Position numbers and translations under genes: made by a program. Shown piece after piece: positions 13,301 through 25,964 of a DNA stretch of 64,000 nucleotides (position 1 is the stretch's first letter; the number at the start of each line of letters is the position of its first letter). Source of the stretch: Azolla caroliniana (lineage: Eukaryota > Plantae > Polypodiophyta); contig JBHGNT010000017.1 of NCBI GenBank assembly GCA_043228905.1, positions 9,238,001-9,302,000 on the forward strand. The letters run 5' to 3'. Below the pieces are notes generated by a model that worked only from the letters and a program-made list of their open reading frames with translations, ran no database searches and was not told the DNA's origin.

Positions 13301-16294
13301 TTGATGGCATCAACATCCGGCTCGTCAGAAATGAGTCTACGAAAGTTCGATGGATCGAACTTCAACTTCTGGAAGGAGCAAATGCAGGACTATCTCATAG
13401 TCAAGGGGCAAATCGATCCCATCGAAAATGAAGAACCTCCAGAAGGATACAAACCAATTGAGTGGCAGAAGCTGGACAGAATCGTCCGCGCCACGATTCG
13501 GATGCACCTATCGGAATCGGTATACTTTACGGTGCAATCGTGTACGACAGCATTCGAACTGTGGAAAACACTGTCGGACACCTACGAAAAGAAGGTCACT
13601 GCAACGAAGATGTTTCTGATTCGGCGCCTCTACAACTTGCGGATGAAAGAATCAGATTCGGTTCAAGCACATCTCAATGAGTACGAAAGCATAAGCTCCC
13701 AAATCTCATCTCAGGGGACGGCAATCGAGGATGAACTCAGAGCAATGATACTCATGAGCAGCCTTCCCTCATCATGGGAAACTTTCGTCACAACCGTGTG
13801 CAACGCGTCAACCACGGCTGTTAAATACTCCGAAGTCACGAGCGCAATCCTGACTGAAGCAGCTCGGAGAAAGTCTTTCGCCAAAGACTCAACAGACGAC
13901 GCTTATGTAGTACAAGGTTCGACAGACCGATCGAACATACGAGGAAGAGATTCCTCACGGCAGCCGAACATTCAGTGAAGACGGAGCCAGTCACGGGATA
14001 ATCGAATCTGCAACTATTGCAAGAAACCCGGACACATCAAAGCCGACTGCCGCGCACTCAAGAACAAGAACGACAAGTCTCAGAAATCAGACAAGAAGAG
14101 TGGCCGGCATGAGGAGATCAATTACGTCAGCTTCTCAGCTGATGTGCTACCAAACGACCCGAATATACTATCAATCGAAAATCCAGTCGGATCAGAAGTT
14201 CTGCTCACGACTGAAGAATCGAGCACATGGCTCTTAGATTCGGGCGCGTCATTTCACGTGACTCCTCATCGATCCCAATTTCGGCAATATACGATCCGTC
14301 ACTCCGACTCGGTTCGAATCGGCAACTCGCAACACTGTGACATCATTGGAATCGGCACAGTAGAGCTCAACCTTGCAGGTGGCTCTACACTTGTACTTCA
14401 CAATGTCCGACATGTACCCGAGCTCTCAAGGCCATTGATCTCAATCGGACAACTAGATGAAGACGGCATTCGTGCCGGTTTTTCTTCGGGAGGGTGGACA
14501 CTCCACAGGGGGAACCTCCTGCTTGCTAGAGGACCCAAGATACACTCACTGTATCCGTTACATGTTACGCTCAGAGAGGGTAACCTGTTTTTGGTGGATA
14601 TTCCTGTGTCATCACTATGGCACAGAAGATTAGGACACCTCAGCAAGGCCGGCATTACGCACCTATCTAGAGCCGGCTACATCCCTAAACTCTCCTTCTC
14701 GGACCATCAATTCTGCGAACATTGCCAGTATGGCAAACAAGTAGCCGCATCACACCCGACATCAGCACCAAGAGAAACGAGACCTCTCGATTTAGTCCAC
14801 TCGGACGTCTGTGGCCCAATGCCGCATCAGTCACTCGGCGGTGCCTCTTACTTCGTCAGTTTTATTGACAATTCGACTCGAAAGGTGTGGGCTTATCCAA
14901 TTCGCACCAAAGATCGTGTCTTCTCGATCTTCTCCGATTGGCTCGCTATGGTAGAAAATCAAACTGACCGAAAACTGAAATGCTTTCGGACCGACAATGG
15001 GGGAGAGTTCAAATCCGAAGAATTCGTCAAATTCTGCCGACAACGCGGCATCCGACGTGAATTTACGGCACCACACAGTCCGGAGCAAAACGGGATTGCA
15101 GAACGAATGAATCGGACAATCCAAGAACGGATAGTTTCCATGCTCCAACACTCCGGACTGTCGGATGGCTTCTGGGCAGAGGCTCTACTCACGGCAGTAC
15201 ACATAATCAATATGTCGCCAAGCAGACCTCTAGGACTTCAAATTCCTCAGGAACTATGGATCGGCAGTAAGCCGAATTACGACAAGCTGAGGATCTTCGG
15301 ATGCGAGGCGTACGCCCTTATTCCGAAAGATGATCGCCGAAAACTTGCACCTCGGTCCAGGAAATGCATTTTCCTTGGATATGGATCAGACGGCGAAATG
15401 GGATACCGACTCTGGGACCCCGAACGCAGACAAATCGTTCGAAGTTCGGACGTTGTGTTCAACGAGTCGGCTATGAATCCATCAGTCGAAAAACCGATCG
15501 AAGTCCGAAGGGTAACATTTTCCGATGTGCCAACCCTTCAAGAAGGCCCCGCTCTTAACACACGGTCAGCTTCACGGGTAGCTGAACCTTACACCACCGA
15601 CTCGGACAACTCTGACTCGGCACAGCAGAATAATTCGCTTTCGGACCATCCGACCACGATACCCGATGCGACCAGTCCAATCATACCTCGACGATCCAAG
15701 AGACTGTCGCAACCTCCGGAGAGGTATTCTCCTGGAATTTTCTTCACCGACGCCGGCGAACCGACGTCTTACGAAGAAGCATCGACATCTGTCGATTCAG
15801 CCACCTGGCATCTGGCGATGGAGTTGGAAATGCACTCCATTCGGGCAAACAAGACTTGGGATCTGGTCGAATTACCTAAGAATCGACGTGCTCTTCCTTG
15901 CAAGTGGGTTTATCGACTAAAAGAGACGTCTGATTCGACCACCCCAAAGTACAAGGCCAGATTAGTTGCGAAGGGCTTCCGACAAGAATATGGCGTCGAC
16001 TTCGACGAGATTTTTTCACCAGTGGTGAAAATGACAACCCTTCGTTTTCTACTCGGCGTAGTGGCAGCCGACAACTTGGAGCTGATTCAGCTAGATGTCA
16101 AAACAGCCTTCCTCCATGGTGATCTTGAAGAGGAAATTTATATGGAGCAGCCAAAAGGCTTCGTGGCAACTGGCCAAGAACATCTAGTCTGCCGACTCAG
16201 GAAGAGTCTATACGGCCTCAAACAGGCACCGCGACAATGGTACAAGAAGTTCGACGACTTCATCCAATCGATCGGCTTCTCAAAAAGCGATGAG
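13301..16294 (+). pseudogene. Copia gag-protease-integrase-RT (5' part); one in-frame TGA at 13976
   Basis: KFDGSNFNFWK (UBN2-type gag), CNYCKKPGHIKADC, WLLDSGAS, LWHRRLGH..CEHC, LVHSDVCGP, RTDNGGEF, QLDVKTAFLHG. Confidence 0.93.
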
Positions 16295-16884
16295 TGTCAA
16301 GATTCGAACTCTTGACACGACCATGTTATAATCTACTATAATGAGTTAACCAAGATATCTAGTACTAGTTATGTATGTAATTGGTCCTTATTATTTTGCT
16401 AGCATCATGTGCATAGTTGCTCCCTTGTAGTATTTACACTTGGCACATGCATGCATACCTACATGCTCTATTGTAGATTCACATGCGTGCAACAAGTGTG
16501 CATGCCATGTAGTATAAATAGAGGAGTTCACCTTGAAGGAATTCAAGGTGAACAAACTGTCACGGAACTGTCACGGATCATAAACTCAAGAGACAACGAA
16601 GAAGATAACCAAATGGACAAGAAAGAATATAGTACTAAAGGAAAGACTCCATAACTGGTGTTGTTCACCTTGAATTCCTTCAAGGTGAACTCCTCTATTT
16701 ATACTACATGGCATGCATACTTGTTGCACGCATGTGAATCTACAATAGAGCATGTAGGTATGCATGCATGTGCCAAGTGTAAATACTACAAGGGAGCAAC
16801 TATGCACATGATGCTAGCAAAATAATAAGGAACAATTACATACATAACTAGTACTAGATATCTTGGTTAACTCATAATAGTAGA

Positions 16885-19066
16885 TTATAACATGGTCGTG
16901 TCAAGAGTTCGAATCTTGACATTATCCCCCCTCTTACGCCGCCGCCTTCCCAAATCGGCCGCTGGTTTGTGGGGATATCGGTGATGAAAATCTTGGACGA
17001 CCTCTGGGGCATTTTGTAAATTTTCCGATGGTTCCCATGTGGCCTCAGACATGGGGTAACCCCTCCATAGGACGAGGTATTGCAAGTGTCGACGGTGCCA
17101 ACGCGAGTCAAGGATTTGGTCGACCTCGTATTCCTCCCCTGTCGTCAATTGCACAGGTGGTGGTGGTGGGGCTTGACGTCCTGGGAGTTGTGAAGCATAA
17201 TGGGGTTCGAGGAGGGAGACATGAAAAACATCGTGAATCCGAAAGTGGGATGGAAGGGCGAGCCGGAAGGCGACGGGATTGATGCACTCGATGATACGGA
17301 ATGGTCCCAACTTCTTGTAATCAAGTTTCGCACATGGACGAGTAGTAGAGATGTGTCGACGTAACAACCAAACCATGTCTCCAACGACAAAGTGTGGAGT
17401 GGAAGATCGATGGCGATCAGCCTGCTTCTTGTATCGTTCATTAGCAAGACTAAGCTCCAAGGATAAATCATGATGTACTTCTTCCAAAATGCGGGCACGA
17501 TCCTCCGCCGAAGGGTTCACGGAAGTGGTAGGAAGGGAAATGTTGAAGCGAGGATGTAAACCGTAGTTGGCAAAGAAGGGAGTGACGCCAGTCGATGCAT
17601 GGAGTGAATTATTGTAGGCGAATTCCGCGAGCGAAAGTAAGTTGACCCAATCATCTTGTTGGTAACTAACCGAGCACCGAAGATACTGCTCAAGGATTTG
17701 GTTGACACGCTCCGTTTGCCCGTCAGTTTGGGGGTGATAAGCGGAGGACAACTTGACAGAGATGCCTAAAGTTTGTAGCAGGCGCTGCCAGAAGTGAGAG
17801 ACAAACTGGGGTCCGCGATCCGAGATGACATCATCGGGGAGTCCATGCAAGCGTACTACATTGTTGAGTAGGAGATGCACCATTCCTTCTCCGGAAATGG
17901 TTTTGGAGCATGGAGTGAAGTGAGCCATCTTCGTAAACCGATCGACAACGACCAACACCGAGTCATAGCTATTGACCAAGGGTAGATCAGTTATCAGGTC
18001 CATAGAGATAGAGGCCCAAGGACGACGAGGACATGGAAGCGGCTGTAGTAAGCCGTATGGCCGATGATGAATGGCTTTGGAGCGAGCACAAACCTCACAA
18101 CTCTTTATGTATTCTTTGACCAGCTTCCATGGTTGTGGCCACCAATACCCCCGAGAGATTAGCTCGAGGGTTTTCGCGACCCCGAAATGACCTGCAAGTG
18201 GGTCATCGTGGCATTCCCGCAACACCCGGGTGCGACATGGGCCCTCTGGGACGTATAAGAGATGATCTCGGAACAACAAACCCTCTTGTATGGTGAAGGT
18301 GTCAAGATCCTTCCTTTTGGTCGCCTTGGAGGGGTTTTGCAAACTATCTCGAATCTCGTTGGCGAACGCATCGGTCTTGGATGCATCAGTGATTTGTTGG
18401 AGTAAAGAATCATCCTGCAACATACAAGTGGCAAACAGATGCAATTGGTCGGGTTTCAACAAACGTCTAGATTGTTGAGCATAAGCAGCATCCCCAGGGC
18501 GGAGTGCAAGGTCAGCTCGGCGAGAAAGGGCATCAGCCTTCCCATGTTGGCCTCCAGGTCGAAATACGATCTCAAAATCGTAGTCGGCGAGAAATGTAGA
18601 CCAACGGCCCTGCCTTCGATTCAAAGTACGAGTGGTGGAAAAATAAACTAAATTTTTATGATCAGTCACTACCTGGACACGATGTTGTGCGCCGGCCAAG
18701 TAGGGTCGCCATTCTTCAAAGGCAGCAATGATAGCAGCAAGCTCCTTGTCGTAAATGGGATAATTGATTTCAGATGCCGTAAATTTTTGGGAATAGTAAG
18801 CCACTGGGTGCATTAGGTTGTTGTCGTCTGCTTGGGATAAGATGGCGCCAATGGCAAAGTCAGAGGCATCGGTTTCGACTTGGAAGGGTTTTGTGGGGTC
18901 GGCATGTAGCAGCACCGGGGCAGTGATGAATGCGTGTTTGAGTGAGTCGAACGCATTTTGTGCCTCCGAGGTCCATAAAAATGGAGTGCCTTTATGGGTG
19001 AGAGCGATAAGAGGTTGTGCTAGGGTGGAAAACCCCTTGATGAAGCGACGGTAAAAATTCGCGAAG
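16885..19066 (-). CDS. Chromovirus B RNase H-integrase-chromodomain (inverted copy)
   Basis: 676-aa open ORF: ETDASDFAIG, YDKELAAI, CHDDPLAGH..CEVC, ISDRGPQF, EYEVDQILDSR..YLVLWRGY..TWEP. Confidence 0.85.
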
Positions 19067-19191
19067 TTCGACCGTACCTCGATCGAATTTCTGGGCTACA
19101 TCATCTCGCCCACTGGCATCACCATGGATATGAAGAAGGTCTCTGTCATTCAGGCGTGGGCGACTCCAAGGCGACTTAAAGATGTGCAATC

Positions 19192-19291
19192 NNNNNNNNN
19201 NNNNNNNNNNNNNNNNNNNNNNNNNNNNNNNNNNNNNNNNNNNNNNNNNNNNNNNNNNNNNNNNNNNNNNNNNNNNNNNNNNNNNNNNNNN
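19192..19291. other. Assembly gap (100 N)
   Basis: Run of N flanked on both sides by the same RT sequence (TGGGCGACTCCAAGGCGACTTAAAGATGTGCAATC). Confidence 0.99.
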
Positions 19292-21476
19292 ATGGGCGAC
19301 TCCAAGGCGACTTAAAGATGTGCAATCCTTCCTCGGCTTCGCAAATTTTTACCATCGCTTCATCAAGGGGTTTTCCCACCCTAGCACAACCTCTTATCGC
19401 TCTCACCCATAAAGGCACTCCATTTTTATGGACCTCGGAGGCACAAAATGCGTTCGACTCACTCAAACACGCATTCATCACTGCCCCGGTGCTGCTACAT
19501 GCCGACCCCACAAAACCCTTCCAAGTCGAAACGATGCCTCTGACTTTGCCATTGGCGCCATCTTATCCCAAGCAGACGACAACAACCTAATGCACCCAGT
19601 GGCTTACTATTCCCGAAAATTTACGGCATCCGAAATCAATTATCCCATTTATGACAAGGAGCTTGCTGCTATCATTGCTGCCTTTGAAGAATGGCGACCC
19701 TACTTGGCCGGCGCACAACATCGTGTCCAGGTAGTGACTGATCATAAAAATTTAGTTTATTTTTCCACCACTCGTACTTTGAATCGAAGGCAGGCCCGTT
19801 GGTCTACATTTCTCGCTGACTACGATTTGAGATTGTATTTCGACCTGGTGGCCAACATGGGAAGGCTGATGCCCTTTCTCGCCGAGCTGACCTTGCACTC
19901 CGCCCTGGGGATGCTGCTTATGCTCAACAATCTAGACGTTTGTTGAAACCCGACCAATTGCATATGTTTGCCACTTGTATGTTGCAGGATGATTCTTTAC
20001 TCCAACAAATCACTGATGCATCCAAGACCGATGCGTTCGCCAACGAGATTCGAGATAGTCTGCAAAACCCCTCCAGGTGACCAAAAGGAAGGATCTTGAC
20101 ACCTTCACCATACAAGAGGGTTTGTTGTTCCGAGATCATCTCTTATACGTCCCAGAGGGCCCATGTCGCACCCGGGTGTTGCGGGAATGCCACGATGACC
20201 CACTTGCAGGTCATTTTGGGGTCGCGAAAACCCTCGAGCTAATTTCTCGGGGGTATTGGTGGCCACAACCATGGAAGCTGGTCAAAGAATACATAAAGAG
20301 TTGTGAGGTTTGTGCTCGCTCCAAAGCCATTCATCATCGGCCATACGGCTTACTACAGCCGCTTCCATGTCCTCGTCGTCCTTGGGCCTCTATCTCTATG
20401 GACCTGATAACTGATCTACCCTTGGTCAATAGCTATGACTCGGTGTTGGTCGTTGTCGATCGGTTTACGAAGATGGCTCACTTCACTCCATGCTCTAAAA
20501 CCATTTCCGGAGAAGGAATGGTGCATCTCCTACTCAACAATGTAGTACGCTTGCATGGACTCCCCGATGATGTCATCTCGGATCGCGGACCCCAGTTTGT
20601 CTCTCACTTCTGGCAGCGCCTGCTACAAACTTTAGGCATCTCTGTCAAGTTGTCCTCCGCTTATCACCCCCAAACTGACGGGCAAACGGAGCGTGTCAAC
20701 CAAATCCTTGAGCAGTATCTTCGGTGCTCTGTTAGTTACCAACAAGATGATTGGGTCAACTTACTTTCGCTCGCGGAATTCGCCTACAATAATTCTCTCC
20801 ATGCATCGACTGGCGTCACTCCCTTCTTTGCCAACTACGGTTTACATCCTCGCTTCAACATTTCCCTTCCTACCACTTCCGTGAACCCTTCGGCGGAGGA
20901 TCGTGCCCGCATTTTGGAAGAAGTACATCATGATTTATCCTTGGAGCTTAGTCTTGCTAATGAACGATACAAGAAGCAGGCTGATCGCCATCGATCTTCC
21001 ACTCCACACTTTGTCGTTGGAGACATGGTCTGGTTGTTACGTCGACACATCTCTACTACTCGTCCATGTGCGAAACTTGATTACAAGAAGTTGGGACCAT
21101 TCCGTATCATCGAGTGCATCAATCCTGTCGCCTTCCGGCTCGCCCTTCCATCCCACTTCCGGATTCACGATGTTTTTCACGTCTCCCTCCTCGAACCCCA
21201 TTATGCTTCACAACTCCAAGGACGTCAAGCCCCACCACCACCACCTGTGCAATTGACGACAGGGGAGGAATACGAGGTCGACCAAATCCTTGACTCGCGT
21301 TGGCACCGTCGACACTTGCAATACCTCGTCCTATGGAGGGGTTACCCCATGTCTGAGGCCACATGGGAACCATCGGCAAATTTACAAAATGCCCCAGAGG
21401 TCGTCCAAGATTTTCATCACCGATATCCCCACAAACCAGCGGCCGATTTGGGAAGGTGGCGTAAGAGGGGGGATAA
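19292..21476 (+). pseudogene. Chromovirus B RT end-RNase H-integrase-chromodomain (forward copy, single-base frameshifts near gap)
   Basis: ORFs 19428-19946 and 20077-21513 are nearly identical to the minus-strand ORF 16885-18915. Confidence 0.88.
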
Positions 21477-21829
21477 TGTCAAGATTCGAACTCTTGACAC
21501 GACCATGTTATAATCTACTATAATGAGTTAACCAAGATATCTAGTACTAGTTATGTATGTAATTGGTCCTTATTATTTTGCTAGCATCATGTGCATAGTT
21601 GCTCCCTTGTAGTATTTACACTTGGCACATGCATGCATACCTACATGCTCTATTGTAGATTCACATGCGTGCAACAAGTGTGCATGCCATGTAGTATAAA
21701 TAGAGGAGTTCACCTTGAAGGAATTCAAGGTGAACAACACCAGTTATGGAGTCTTTCCTTTAGTACTATCTTCTTTCTTGTCCATTTGGTTATCTTCTTG
21801 GTTGTCTCTTGAGTTTATGATCCGTGACA
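21477..21829 (+). repeat. 3' LTR of chromovirus B (353 bp)
   Basis: TGTCA...TGACA, TATAAATA at 21695; reverse-complement copy at 16569-16921. Confidence 0.95.
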
Positions 21830-22875
21830 ATGAGGACCATTGTCTTTTTACCAACACAGCTCACGATGGATCACCCATCTTCCTCATCATCTACGTGGAC
21901 GACATGCTAATTTCTGGACGCCACGCGGGCGAACTTGCCGATCTCATTCGGCAACTGCAGTTGAAGTTTGCCATGGAGGACCTCGGTCCGGCACGACACA
22001 TACTCGGCATGAAGATTAGTCGGCATCGCGACAAACGACATCTTTTTTTGTCTCAGACCGACTATATCGGACGTGTCTTGGAACGCTTCAACATGCAATC
22101 AGCCAAATCTGCTTCAACCCCGCTCCCCATGAATCTTCGGCTCTCTCAGCGAGACTGCCCGACATCCGGTCTGGAGGGGGAAGATATGAAGTCGGTACCG
22201 TATGCACCGACAGTCGGCTCCCTTATGTACCTGATGGTCGCGACACGGCCTGATATCTCTCATGCCGTAGGAGTCGTTAGCAGATTTATGCACAATCCTG
22301 GCCGATCGCATTGGAACGCAGTCAAGCATGTGTTCAAATATCTGGCTGGCACAAAAGATCACGGCATTCTTTTCGGTCCGAACTCAACCTCAGGCGTAGT
22401 CGGTTACACCGACTCGGACTTCGCCGGCTGTATAGACAGTCGGAAATCAACAACCGGATACTGCTTCAAATTCGGCAATGGAGCAATTTCGTGGAAGTCG
22501 AAACTTCAGGAGTGCACAGCGACCTCAACGACCGAAGCAGAATATGTAGCTGCGTCCGACGCTGCAAAAGAAGCCTTGTGGCTCGGCCGGCTGGCGCACA
22601 CGTTTCGGCAAGTCGACCATGACTCGGCTCCAGTTGTCTATAGCGACAGTCAAGGTGCTGTTGCCTTGTCGAAAAATCCAGTTCACCACAACGCCTCCAA
22701 ACATATCGACGTTCGATATCACTTCGTTCGGGACTGCGTCATTTCAGGGAAAATCGGTCTAGAGAAAATATCCACAACCGACAATGTCGCAGATGGAATG
22801 ACCAAGTGTCTTTCGGCAGACCGCTTTCGGTCCCTTCAGCATCAGATGGGCGTAACGACAAACCAGTCCGGTTAG
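21830..22875 (+). pseudogene. Copia RT-RNase H (3' part)
   Basis: IYVDDMLIS, VGYTDSDFAG, ISWKSKLQ, SKHIDVRYHFVRD. In frame with the 5' part once the insertion is removed (SKSDE|DHCLF). Confidence 0.93.
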
Positions 22876-23068
22876 AGCCGGACACAGCGCAGGATGGTTT
22901 CAGACAACCGACATCAGTTCCCTAATGATCGGCTTCAACTCTTCCAACCCGACCAGTCTGGTCTTCTGCCTTCGGACCCTGCCGACTCGAACAAAACTGA
23001 TATGTCCGAGAACCTAGGTTTATACCTGTAATCTTAGATAACCCATGTATACGCCCATTACGGGGGAG

Positions 23069-23252
23069 TGTCGAATACAAGTGTATAATGGATGTATTCA
23101 CACTATCCCTTTGTATAGATCAAGTTTGGGCCATTTGTGTAATTAGCATAAATGGTAGTTGCCCTAAGTCGGTCACTATATATAGTGACCTTGTAACCTT
23201 TTTGTAAGGTTGGTTGTATTGTTGTTTTTCTATGGAATAGAAAGTCTTGTGT

Positions 23253-23295
<43 letters not shown>

Positions 23296-23381
23296 ACGAT
23301 CTTGGAAACTGTCATACGCAGGTACTCAAACTCGAATCGAATGCTTCTTGATCTTCCGCATTGACGGCCTTGTCTACAACA
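23069..23381 (+). repeat. 3' LTR of Copia
   Basis: Starts TGTCG after the PPT, ends CAACA. Confidence 0.93.
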
Positions 23382-24520
23382 GAGAGCCCTCTAAGAAATG
23401 TCGTCATTGCACAAATGAATCTATGATGGCTAATAACTCCTTGTCATGTATTTCGTAGTTGATTTCCGCGACATCGAATTTGCACGAATGGAAAGCCACA
23501 GGATGTAACTCTTCGTTATCTCCTTGTTGAGAAAGGATGCTACCGAGGGCGAAATCTGATGCGTCGGCCTCCATGATGAATGGTTTGCTTGTATCCACAT
23601 GAGCTAGAATCGGTGCTGATGTAAAGGCTTTCTTAAGATGTCGAAAAGCCATATCTGCTTCATTGGACCAAAGAAATGCTTGTCCCTTCTTCGTAAGTTG
23701 TGTGAGAGGCAAAATAATCTTCAAGTAATCTTGTATAAACTTACGGTAGAAGTTAGCAAAACCTAGAAAACATTGTACATCTCGTACCGACCGTGGAATT
23801 TGCCACTCTAGTACAGTTTGGACTTTAGCTGGATCCATGGCGATGCCCTTTGAGGAGATGACGTATCCTAGAAATTCCACTTGCTTGCAGTCAAAGCTAC
23901 ATTTTTCTAGCTTGGCATAAAGACCATTCTCGCAGACTCTCTTTAGTACTAATAGTACATGAGAATCGTGCTCTTCCACGGTCTTTGAATAAATCAATAG
24001 ATCATCCAGATAGATGATCAAACAGATATCCAAGAGGTCTCTGAATATATCATTTGCCATGTGTTAGAAGACTGCGGGTGCATTGGTTAGGCCGAACGGC
24101 ATAATAGTATACTCGAAATGCCCATACCGCGTGCGAAAGGCGGTCTTCCATTCATCTCCCGGTCGGATCCACACGAGGTTATACGCTCCACGTAGATCGA
24201 TTTTGGTAAAAAACTTGGCACCATTAACTCGCTCTAAAAGACTTGATATAAGAGGAAGTGCATACCTATTTCGGATGGTGACCTTATTCAATCCGCGGTA
24301 ATCAACGATGAGACGAAGTGAGCCATCTTTCTTCTTGACAAAGAAGATGGGTGCACCGGCCGGAGATTTCCAATGACGGATGAACCCGCTTGCCAAGTGC
24401 TCCTCTATGTAGGCTCGAAGGACTTCTAACTCGGTGTGTGACAAGTTGTAAATTGGTCCCCATGGTGGCTCGGTTCCTGGATGTAAATCGATGGGACAGT
24501 CATAGGGACGGTGATGAGGA
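23382..24520 (-). pseudogene. RT and RNase H of chromovirus A
   Basis: [52 protein letters not shown]. Confidence 0.93.
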
Positions 24521-24533
24521 AGGGTACCGGCTT

Positions 24534-25742
24534 TTACCTTGTCAAATACATCGGCATAAGGATTTCAAATTTGTTTGAGATACTTGGGCTATTAGTACTA
24601 TGAATACTATTTGACACTCTATTAATACTATTAATACTATCAGACACTCCGAAGGGAAGAATTGACTCGGGTTTAGTACAGGCGACGATTTGATTTACTT
24701 GTCTTCTTGGCCTATGGGGACAATTGATGGCAATATGCCCTGGTCCACCGCAATAAAGACATAATCGATTGGCACGTCGTTGTTGCTTTTCTTCTTTCGA
24801 TAACGGGCCGCGTCGACGCATGGTGTTGATCTCCATCGGTGTCGGAATATTGGCTTGAGGTACGTCGCGTGCAAATGGTTTAGCCGTGACTGAGGCGTAT
24901 GTGGGTTCCGGCCAAGAGCGTGGTATTTGTAATTGACGTTCCAAACGCCGTTCGAAAAGGCGGTTGTCGCATCGGACTGCTCGACTGATTGCCTCCGTAA
25001 GAGACTTTGGTTCTTCGGGGAAGGTTAAAAGCAAGTCTTTGACATCGTTGCGCAAGCCGTAGCGAAACTGCTCCATGAGGGCCTGATCATCCCAGGGGAT
25101 ATCTGAGGCGATTAGACGGAAATCCACCGCGTAGGCAGAGGTTGGACGATCGCCTTGACGCAATCTTCGGATTTTGTTGATTGTCGTCCTGATGCTGTCG
25201 GTATCTCCAAAGCAAGCTTTAAACTCACTAATAAACTCTTCAAAGTTATTAAGCAAGGGCGATTGTTTTTCTAGAAGCGGAGCGAACCATGCCAAGGTTG
25301 AGCCGCTAAGTAACATGCTTATTAGGCCGACTCGAGATGCATCAGTGGGATATCGGGAAGGATGCATCTGGATGACTAAGCGTACCTGATTAAGGAATCC
25401 CCGGAATTGCGATCGCGTTCCATCACATTTCACAGGAAGTCCAATCTTGGGCTCTTTATGAAATCCTTGGGAACTTGATCCTTGTTGTTGCAACGCTGCT
25501 TCGAGTTGTTGTACCCGTAACGCTAACTCCCCATGTTGTTGTTGCGTTTGTTGTTTTTCTAGAGCGATTTGTTGCAGATCCCCTATCAACCGTTGGTTTT
25601 CTTGTTCCAGGGCAACAAACTTTTCTTTTAGACACTGTAGCTCAGAGAAAACGGATTGATATTCTTGGGCGCTAACAGTAGCCATAGTATAGAAAAAGGA
25701 TAGGAGGAGGAGGGAAAACGACAAGTAGACTTGAGGAAGCAA
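24534..25742 (-). CDS. Gag of chromovirus A (coiled coil, capsid, CCHC knuckle)
   Basis: 402-aa ORF with [35 protein letters not shown]. The protease between gag and RT appears deleted. Confidence 0.88.
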   Translation of the reverse strand: MLPQVYLSFSLLLLSFFYTMATVSAQEYQSVFSELQCLKEKFVALEQENQRLIGDLQQIALEKQQTQQQHGELALRVQQLEAALQQQGSSSQGFHKEPKIGLPVKCDGTRSQFRGFLNQVRLVIQMHPSRYPTDASRVGLISMLLSGSTLAWFAPLLEKQSPLLNNFEEFISEFKACFGDTDSIRTTINKIRRLRQGDRPTSAYAVDFRLIASDIPWDDQALMEQFRYGLRNDVKDLLLTFPEEPKSLTEAISRAVRCDNRLFERRLERQLQIPRSWPEPTYASVTAKPFARDVPQANIPTPMEINTMRRRGPLSKEEKQQRRANRLCLYCGGPGHIAINCPHRPRRQVNQIVACTKPESILPFGVSDSINSINRVSNSIHSTNSPSISNKFEILMPMYLTR

Positions 25743-25754
25743 ATTGGTTCAAAC

Positions 25755-25910
25755 TGTCAGGAATAATACTAAACAGAGAGAGAATTAGTACTAGAGAAGA
25801 GAAGTATTGTCAGGAATAGTACTAAACAGAGAGAATTAGTACTAGAGAAGAGAAATACTATTAGTACTAAGAGGACGGGACTGTGTAAGGTTCCCGAGAG
25901 ACGAAGAGAG

Positions 25911-25964
<54 letters not shown>

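Larger units (their letters stand above)
16295..21829 (+). mobile_element. Chromovirus (Tcn1-like) LTR retrotransposon B inserted in Copia RT; interior assembled as an inverted duplication around an N gap
   Basis: TSD ATGAG (16290-16294/21830-21834). Partial left LTR 16295-16555, inverted full LTR 16569-16921, right LTR 21477-21829, PPT AAGAGGGGGGATAA. Confidence 0.9.
12357..23381 (+). mobile_element. Ty1/Copia LTR retrotransposon nested in chromovirus A
   Basis: 5' LTR (truncated) 12357-12605, PBS TGGTATCAGAGCC (tRNA-iMet) 12608-12620, gag-pol 13301-22875, PPT GGGGGAG, 3' LTR 23069-23381. Confidence 0.95.

Noticed and set aside
21715-21829. N-terminus of the 386-aa ORF as a novel membrane anchor on RT
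   Set aside because: It is LTR B sequence read in frame by chance into the interrupted Copia RT.
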